Assembly (NCBI GenBank): GCA_963782885.1
Contig: CAWALL010000008.1
Span: 698,400-730,399, forward strand
Length of the DNA stretch: 32,000 nt
DNA from: an uncultured Alphaproteobacteria bacterium
GTDB lineage: Bacteria > Pseudomonadota > Alphaproteobacteria > Geminicoccales > Geminicoccaceae
Direction of reading: 5' to 3'
Each line of letters starts with the position of its first letter. The stretch's first letter is position 1. Shown piece after piece: positions 25,846 through 32,000 of the stretch. A program made the position numbers and the translations under genes. The notes beneath the pieces are model-generated. The model worked only from the letters and a program-made list of their open reading frames with translations. It did not search any database and was not told the origin of the DNA.

Positions 25846-27766
25846 TCACTCAAGCGGGGTCTCCGCGCCGGCCGGCCTCGCCGCCGCCCGCTGACCGAGC
25901 GCGAACGGGCCAGGCAGATAGTAGAGCACGGCCAGGACCACGAGCGCGATCAGGACGCGCGGCCAGACCGGGTAGATCTCGAGCAGCGCGATCGCGAGGC
26001 CCGCCACGAGCAGCAGCGGACGCAGCGGCAGCGCGATCGGGCCGTTCAGGTAGCCCGTGAGCCCGGCCGCGAGGATCGTGAGGCCGGTGAGGTTGACCAG
26101 GATCTGGCCCAGCACCTCGAAGAACGGCGCGTCCATCATCAGCGCCGGCGTGTACAGGTAGCTGTAGCCGACCACGAAGCCGGCGATCGAGAGCCGGAGC
26201 GCCTGCACGCCGGTCATGATCGGATGCGCGCGCGCGATCGAGGCGGCGGCGTAGGACGCGATCGAGACCGGCGGCGTGGCATCCGCCAGGATCGCGAAAT
26301 AGAACACGAACAGATGCGCGCCCAGCACCGGCACGCCGAACTCGGAGATCAGGGTCGGCGCGCCGATCGCCGAGGTGATCACGTAGGCGGCGGTGGTCGG
26401 CACGCCCATGCCGAGCGCGATCGTGGTCAGCATCAGGAGGATCGCCGCGAGCCAGAGCTCGCCGCCGGCCGCCTGGGTGATGATCGTGCCGAGCGAGATC
26501 ACGAGGCCGGTGACCGTGAGGCATGCGACGATCATGCCGGCCCCGACGCAGGCGACCGCGATCGAGGTGATGTTGCGACCGGCGTTCGCCAGGATCCGGA
26601 ACAGCCGGCGCGGGCCGATCCGGGTGTGCGGCCTGAGCCACGAGGCGCCGATGGTCGCGAGGATCGAATAGAAGGCCGCGAAATGCGGCGAGTAGCGGAA
26701 CGCCAAGCAGGCCCATCAGGACCCCGATCGGGATCAGCAGGTGGGCGTCGTCGAGGACCGCCCGCCAGGTCGGCAGGTCGGCGGCGTCCATGCCGCGCAG
26801 GCCGAGCTTGCGGGCTTCGAGATGGACGCTGATCAGGACCATGAAGAAGTAGCAGCAGGCGCCGAGCAGCGCGGCGACGATGATGCTCCGGTAGGGGATG
26901 TTGGTGATCTCGGCCATGATGAAGGCGCCGGCCCCCATGATCGGCGGCATGATCTGGCCGCCGACGCTGGCCGCGGCCTCGACCCCGCCGGCGAATGCCG
27001 GCCGGTAGCCGAGCTTCTTCATCATCGGGATCGTGAACGAACCGGTCGCGAACACGTTCGAGGACGACGAGCCGCTCATCGTGCCGAACATCGCCGACGT
27101 CAGGACCGCGACCTTGGCCGGCCCGCCCGAGTAGCGGCCGGCGACCCGGGAGCCGAGATTGCTGAACAGCCGGCCGACGCCCGAGCCCTCGACGAACGCG
27201 CCGAACGCGATGAAGATCGCGACCATGGTCGCCGAGATGCCGGTGATCGTGCCGTACATGCCCTCGCCGTTGACCAGGTACATGTCCTCGACGATCTCGT
27301 CGAAACCGAGGTCGCGGTAGTTCCACATACCCGGCATGTGCTCGGTATTGAACAGGTACACGAGTGCTGTCACCAGCAGGCCGGCGAGGATCGGCGTCAC
27401 CGCCCGGCGCAGCGCCTCGATGAACAGGAGGATCGCGAGCGTGCCGAGGACGAGCTCGGCCGGCAGCAGCGGCGTCACGTTCTCGAGGCGCATGTTGATC
27501 CGGTTCGCCTCGAAATAGGAATAGGCGTGGGGCAGAAGCGCGAGCCCGGCGAGCAGCCAGTCGAGCGCCGAGGGCCGGTCCTTGGGCGAGCGGGTCGGGT
27601 GGGCCGGATAGAGCAGGAAGGCGAGCGGCAGGAACAGCAAAAGATGCAGCGAGCGCTGCTCGCGCGGCTCGAGATAGCCTACCCAGGCGGTATAGAGCTG
27701 GAACAGCGTCGCGGCCGCGGCCCAGATCGCGACCGCCGCGCCGACGCGACCCTCGAGCTTGCGCAT
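25846..27766 (-). pseudogene. TAXI-type TRAP transporter fused permease (4TM/12TM fusion), interrupted by a 1-nt frameshift near 26700-26715
   Basis: The N-terminal ~353 codons of track ORF 25850..27766 read as permease (...FGTMSGSSSSNVFATGSFTIPMMKKLGY...LLIPIGVLMGLL) and then turn Arg/Pro-rich. Track ORF 25846..26706 continues the permease in the adjacent frame (AFRYSPHFAAFYSILATIG...). Removing one T/A at about 26705-26706 gives GLLAFRYSP. Confidence 0.85.
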
Positions 27767-27811
27767 CGAGCCGCGCGGTCCCGCCGGCTGGCGGGACCAG
27801 CGCCCCGCGAG

Positions 27812-28783
27812 CTACATGTAGCCCTTCTCCTTGTAGTACCTGGCAGCGCCCGGATGGATCGGCGCCGGCGGGTCCTTGGCCGCGGTCGCGCAGTCGAACA
27901 CGCTCATGCTCTGATGGATGTCCGGCAATTTGTCGGTGTTCTCGCAGAGCGTCTTGGTGATCTGGTAGACCGTATCCTCGCTGACGTCGGCATTGACCAT
28001 CAGCGTCGTGCCCATGATCACGGTCGGCACGTCCTCGCTCTGATCGGGATAGGTGCCGGCGGGGATCACGCCGATCTTGTAGCCGTACTTGTCGTGCAGC
28101 GCCTGCTGCACGTCCTTCGGCCAGGGCACCAGCTCGGCGTTGCGGCCTTCCAGCATCTCGATCGCGGCGGCGCCCGGAATCCCGAGCGTGAAGAACACGT
28201 AGTCGACCTGGCCGTCCTTGAACTGCGACGCCATCTCGCTGTAGTTGCCGTGATTGATCTTGAAGTCGCGATTGTCGCGCAGATCGTCGTAGCTGGTGCC
28301 GTAGTAGTCCATCACGTACTGAAAGGTCTGCTCGTCCGAGGAGCCGGCCTTGGTCACGGCGAGAGCGACATCCTTGCCGTCCTTGAACAGGCCGGCGAAG
28401 TCGAGCGGGGCATTCTTGGCGCGCAACAGGTGCATGTAGTTGTCGGAAAAGCTCATGCCGATCATCATCAGCTTGTCGTGCGGCGCGCCGTCGTAGATGC
28501 CGGTGCCGTTGCGGGCGGCGAAGGTGAAGATGTCGAGGCCCATGCCGAGCTGGCTCTGGCCCTTTTGGACCTTGGACGGATTGGCGGTGCCGCCGCCCGG
28601 CACGACCTTGATCGTGAGGTCCGGATTGGCGTCCATCAGCAATTTGGCCATGCCCGAGGCCATCGTGTACCAGCCGCCGCCGATCTGGCCCGCGGTCCAT
28701 TCCAGGGTCTCGGCCGCCGCCGCGCTGGTGATCCCGATCGCGAGCGCTCCCGCCGCCGCGACCGTCTGCCATGGTCTGGACAT
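27812..28783 (-). CDS. TAXI family TRAP transporter solute-binding subunit
   Basis: ATG 28783 lies 5 nt after GGGAGG. The signal peptide is MSRPWQTVAAAGALAIGITSAAA, and the family block is TAGQIGGGWYTMASGMAKLL...VVPGGGTANP. Confidence 0.9.
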   Translation of the reverse strand: MSRPWQTVAAAGALAIGITSAAAAETLEWTAGQIGGGWYTMASGMAKLLMDANPDLTIKVVPGGGTANPSKVQKGQSQLGMGLDIFTFAARNGTGIYDGAPHDKLMMIGMSFSDNYMHLLRAKNAPLDFAGLFKDGKDVALAVTKAGSSDEQTFQYVMDYYGTSYDDLRDNRDFKINHGNYSEMASQFKDGQVDYVFFTLGIPGAAAIEMLEGRNAELVPWPKDVQQALHDKYGYKIGVIPAGTYPDQSEDVPTVIMGTTLMVNADVSEDTVYQITKTLCENTDKLPDIHQSMSVFDCATAAKDPPAPIHPGAARYYKEKGYM

Positions 28784-28860
28784 CTCTGCCTCCCTTCTTG
28801 TCTCCGCGGTCCCGGACCGATTGTCCACGCGAGCGGCACCGGGTCAAGCTTCCCAGGCTT

Positions 28861-31173
28861 TCAGCGCGCTCGCCTGAGCGCCCGCCAGACCCGCTCCGGG
28901 GTGAGCGGCATGTCGAGCGCCGTGACGCCGTCGGCGGCGAGCGCGTCGAGCACCGCGTTGACCACCGCCGGCGGCGAGCCGGTGGTCGGGCCTTCGCCCG
29001 TGCCCTTGACGCCGAGCGGATTGTCGTCGGCGACCAACGCGTTGAAGCGCGTGGTCAGCATCGGCAGATCGTCGGCCCGCGGCAGCGCGAAATCCATGAA
29101 GCTGCCGCTCAGCAGCTGGCCGCTCGCCGGGTCGTGGACCACCCGCTCGAGCAGCGCCTGGCCCAGCCCTTGTGCGATGCCGCCGTGCAGCTGGCCCTCG
29201 ACGATCAAGGGATTGAGCATCCGGCCCGGGTCGGCGACCATGACGTGGCGGATCAGCGTGACCTTGCCGGTCGCGGGATCGACCTCGACCTCGGCGAGCT
29301 GGCAGCCGTTCGGATAGCTCGGGCCCTGGGTCTCATAAGTCTCGGCCGCGAGCAGCGGCGCGCCCCGCGCCTCGGCGGCGCGCGCCACCTCGAACAGGCC
29401 GATCCGTCGGTCGGTGCCGCGGATCGTGTACTGGCCGTCCGCGAACGCGACGTCAGCGGCCGCCGCCTCGAGCAGTTCGGCGGCGAGCGCCTTGCCCTGC
29501 TCGACCACCGCCTCGGCACCCTGCAGGACGGCGCCGCCGCCGATCCGGGCGCAGCGTGAGCCGTGGGCGCCGAAGCCCGCCTCGATCAGATCGGTGTCGC
29601 CGTCGACGACCTCGATCGCCTGCGGCTCGACCCCGAGCGCGTCCGCGGCGACCTGGGCGAACACGGTGGCGTGGCCCATGCCGAAGTCCTGGGTCCCGAC
29701 GTGCAGCTGGACCCGGCGATCGCCGCCGACTCGGACCTTGGCGAACTCCGAGGGCGCGCCGCCGGCGTTCTCGATGTAGACCGAGACCCCGATCCCGCGC
29801 CGCAGCCCGCGCGCCGCCGCCTCGGCGCGACGCTTAGGAAATCCACCCCAGTCAATGGCTTCTAGCCCGATATCGAGATTACGCGCGAACTCGGCGCGGG
29901 GATAGACCGCGCCGGTCGGCGAGCGCCAGGGCATCTCCTCGGGCGCGATCAGGTTGCGCCGGCGGAGCTCGATCCGGTCGATCCCGGTCGCGCGCGCGGC
30001 GGCATCGACCAGCCGCTCGAGCAGATAGGTGAGCTCGGCGCGCGCGATCCCGCGGTAAGCCGAGATCGGCGTCGTGTTGGTAAACACGCCATCGAGCGTG
30101 AAGTGATGCACCGGGATGCGATAGGGCCCGCAGATCATCGGCGCCATCCAGTGCATCAGCACGAAGGCGGAGCGGCTGGCCAGATAGCCGCCGTGGCGCC
30201 AGGTCGCGGCGACCCGGATCGCGACGAAGCGGCCGTCGGCGTCGAGCCCGAGCGTGCCGCGCAGCCGCTGGCTGCGGGCCTGGGCGTCGGCGATGAAGCT
30301 CTCGCTGCGCTCGGCGACCCATTTGACCGGGCGCCCGAGCGCCTTGGCGGCGAACAGGGTGAGGACGAACTCCGGATAGACCATGTTGCGGGCGCCGAAG
30401 CCGCCGCCGACGTCGGGAACGATCACCCGCAGGGCCGGCGCGTCCACGCCCATGATCCCGGCGAGCACGCCGCGGATCGCATGGCCCGACTGGCAGCCGG
30501 CGCGCAGCGTATAGCGCGCCTCGGCTGGATCGAAGCTCGCGAGCGCCGCGCGCGGCTCCATGAAGGCCACGATCTGGCGCGGAAACTCGACCTCGAGCTC
30601 GACCACCCGGGCGGCAGCCTCGAGACACTCGGCGACCGCGGCCGGATCGCCCGCCTGCCAATGGAGCGAGCGGTTGGAGGAGAGCTCGGGCCAGAGCCTG
30701 GGCGCACCCTCGGCGAGCGCGGCCTCGAGATCGACCGCCGCCGGCAGGACCTGGTAGTCGACCTCGACCAGCTCGGCGGCATCGCGCGCCGCCGCCAGGG
30801 TCTCGGCGACGATCAGCGCGACCGGCTCGCCGACGTAGCGCACCCGGTCCGTCGCCAGCGGAAATTGCGAGGCGTCGGGCAGCTCGCTGCCGTCGGCGTT
30901 GGTGAAGGCGAAGGGCGGCGTCCGGGTCAGGGATGGGATCGGCCCGATGCCGGCGGCCTGCAGGTCGGCCGCGGCGTAGACCCCGAGCACGCCGGGCGCG
31001 CGCCTGGCCGCCGCGAGCTCGATGCCGGCGATCTCGGCGTGGGCGTGCGGGGAGCGCAGGACGACCGCATGGGCCTGGTCCGGAAGGTCGAGGTCGGCGG
31101 TGTAGTGCGCCCGGCCGGTGATGAAGCGCTCGTCCTCGAGACGCGGCAGCGGCTGGCCGACGTAGCTTGGCAT
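28861..31173 (-). CDS. Xanthine dehydrogenase family molybdopterin-binding subunit (CoxL / aldehyde oxidase large-subunit-like)
   Basis: 770 aa from ATG 31173. The N-terminus MPSYVGQPLPRLEDERFITGRAHYTADL is typical of this family. Mo-cofactor domain blocks include GGGFGAR and VKGTGEGPTTGSPPAVVNAV. No 2Fe-2S or FAD subunit genes are adjacent in the window. Confidence 0.9.
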   Translation of the reverse strand: MPSYVGQPLPRLEDERFITGRAHYTADLDLPDQAHAVVLRSPHAHAEIAGIELAAARRAPGVLGVYAAADLQAAGIGPIPSLTRTPPFAFTNADGSELPDASQFPLATDRVRYVGEPVALIVAETLAAARDAAELVEVDYQVLPAAVDLEAALAEGAPRLWPELSSNRSLHWQAGDPAAVAECLEAAARVVELEVEFPRQIVAFMEPRAALASFDPAEARYTLRAGCQSGHAIRGVLAGIMGVDAPALRVIVPDVGGGFGARNMVYPEFVLTLFAAKALGRPVKWVAERSESFIADAQARSQRLRGTLGLDADGRFVAIRVAATWRHGGYLASRSAFVLMHWMAPMICGPYRIPVHHFTLDGVFTNTTPISAYRGIARAELTYLLERLVDAAARATGIDRIELRRRNLIAPEEMPWRSPTGAVYPRAEFARNLDIGLEAIDWGGFPKRRAEAAARGLRRGIGVSVYIENAGGAPSEFAKVRVGGDRRVQLHVGTQDFGMGHATVFAQVAADALGVEPQAIEVVDGDTDLIEAGFGAHGSRCARIGGGAVLQGAEAVVEQGKALAAELLEAAAADVAFADGQYTIRGTDRRIGLFEVARAAEARGAPLLAAETYETQGPSYPNGCQLAEVEVDPATGKVTLIRHVMVADPGRMLNPLIVEGQLHGGIAQGLGQALLERVVHDPASGQLLSGSFMDFALPRADDLPMLTTRFNALVADDNPLGVKGTGEGPTTGSPPAVVNAVLDALAADGVTALDMPLTPERVWRALRRAR

Positions 31174-31910
31174 CAGGTTTCCTCGGAAAGCGACCAGCGG
31201 CGTGGCCGCAGCCCGCCTTGGAACCAGGTGACAAAGCTCACCATGTCGAAGACCGGCAGGCCGGTCCGGTCCCGGAGCATCCGGGCGTGCGGGCACATGT
31301 TGGTGCACTCGAGCAGGATCGCGCCGACCTCGGGATGGCCGCGGACCAGCTCCGCACCGGCATCGAGGATGTCCTGCTCGCCGGCGGCGAGGTCCATCTC
31401 CACTTCGTCCTCGAGAATCACGCGGGAGAACTCGCGGCCGCCGTCGGTGCCGACCACCGGCGCATCGGCCGGCACGCCTGCGGCCGCGAGATGGGCGGAC
31501 GAGAGCGTCGCCTTCGAGATCGTGAGGATGCCGACCCGGCGGCCAGGCGGCAGCAGGCGCTCGATCAGCGGCGCCTGCATCAGCGCCGAGGTCGCGACCG
31601 GCACGCCCACGGCATCGGCGAGCTCGCTCTGGAAAAGAGCCAGAAAACCGCAGTTGGTGGTGATGCCGTCCGCGCCCATGGCGACGAGCTCGCGGGCGCC
31701 CGCGACGAAGGCGTCGAACAGCCCCTCGGCGCGCCGACGCACGACCCGGTCCGGCGAGGCGCCCTTGACCACCTTGTAGTGGACCGGAAACGGCCAGGTC
31801 AGCGCATTGCCGACATCGCCGGCGATGCGCGGAAAGCGCGCGTCCAGCATCAGAATGCCGAGCGCGGCGCCATAGACCGCCTTGCCGCCCCGGACTGTAC
31901 GGCCGGCCAT
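31173..31910 (-). CDS. Aspartate/glutamate racemase family protein
   Basis: Translation is MAGRTVRGGKAVYGAALGILMLDARFPRIAGDVGNALTWPFPV...ITTNCGF...LLECTNM, with two Cys-containing active-site-like blocks. ATG 31910 lies 2 nt after the upstream stop. Its own stop overlaps the next start (TGATG). Confidence 0.8.
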   Translation of the reverse strand: MAGRTVRGGKAVYGAALGILMLDARFPRIAGDVGNALTWPFPVHYKVVKGASPDRVVRRRAEGLFDAFVAGARELVAMGADGITTNCGFLALFQSELADAVGVPVATSALMQAPLIERLLPPGRRVGILTISKATLSSAHLAAAGVPADAPVVGTDGGREFSRVILEDEVEMDLAAGEQDILDAGAELVRGHPEVGAILLECTNMCPHARMLRDRTGLPVFDMVSFVTWFQGGLRPRRWSLSEET

Positions 31911-31912
31911 GC

Positions 31913-32000
31913 TCAGGCGACCCACTCCGAAACCGGCGCCCGCGCCTCGTGCAAGGGCTGCGTGACGACGTCGACCAGGGCCGGCCCGTCGCTCGCGAGC
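31913..32000 (-). CDS. 3' end of a CDS entering from beyond the window (C-terminus resembles thiamine-diphosphate enzymes)
   Basis: The frame ending at the TGA (complement of 31913-31915) reads ...LASDGPALVDVVTQPLHEARAPVSEWVA. The GPxLVDVV motif near a C-terminus is typical of acetolactate-synthase-like TPP enzymes. Only 29 codons are visible. Confidence 0.4.
   Translation of the reverse strand, partial: LASDGPALVDVVTQPLHEARAPVSEWVA

Noticed and set aside
23414-26832. 571-aa, 414-aa and 512-aa plus-strand ORFs opposite the PrpD, SDR and permease genes
   Set aside because: Same reasoning: antisense shadows with no motifs and extreme Arg/Pro/Gly content.
26532-29317. 771-aa minus and 858-aa plus ORFs spanning the TRAP permease, TAXI binding protein and the start of the CoxL-like gene
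   Set aside because: The Arg/Asp/Gly-rich translations cross real gene boundaries. The true frames show transporter and binding-protein signatures.
29879-31779. 451-aa minus-strand ORF (alternative frame) and 558-aa plus-strand ORF over the CoxL-like and racemase genes
   Set aside because: Shadow ORFs. The CoxL-like frame has the canonical N-terminus and Mo-cofactor blocks.

Overview
High-GC (about 70% in most genes) proteobacterial-type chromosomal segment. Most of it is ordinary metabolism and transport. These genes are a GNAT acetyltransferase, an orphan ParA-like ATPase, a Leu/Phe/Val-type amino-acid dehydrogenase, a GlsB/YeaQ membrane protein, a 2-hydroxyacid dehydrogenase and PEP synthase. 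A long co-directional minus-strand operon (21.2-32 kb) encodes a TPP enzyme (partial), an Asp/Glu racemase-family protein, a CoxL-like molybdopterin subunit, a TAXI-TRAP transporter, an SDR, a PrpD/MmgE protein, an aspartate dehydrogenase, a DUF429 protein and a VOC protein. Three accessory regions stand out. (1) At 13.56-18.0 kb a lower-GC islet carries a ~932-codon TIR / NB-ARC (STAND) / TPR gene, followed 15 nt later by an intact SLATT (DUF4231) two-TM effector gene. This is a candidate two-gene anti-phage module that I do not recognise as a described system. The STAND gene is inactivated by an IS1595-family insertion with a clean 8-bp target duplication, and it also carries two compensating frameshifts. 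(2) At 6.2-10.2 kb a patchy lower-GC pair encodes a FecR-like lipoprotein with a Gly/Lys/Gln-rich tail and a CHASE2-PAS-GGDEF-EAL protein. (3) At 10.5-12.0 kb sits a PA2779/PA2778 (small membrane protein plus C39-like cysteine peptidase-TPR) pair. An intact IS1380-family element (1406-3048, flanking CTAA repeats) sits in non-coding DNA. The fused TRAP permease gene carries a frameshift. A 740-bp partly AT-rich divergent spacer (18015-18760) contains three perfect palindromes, one of them an exact FNR/FixK-type box. I found no rRNA, tRNA or CRISPR array by eye. All family assignments come from reading motifs in the translations, not from database searches.
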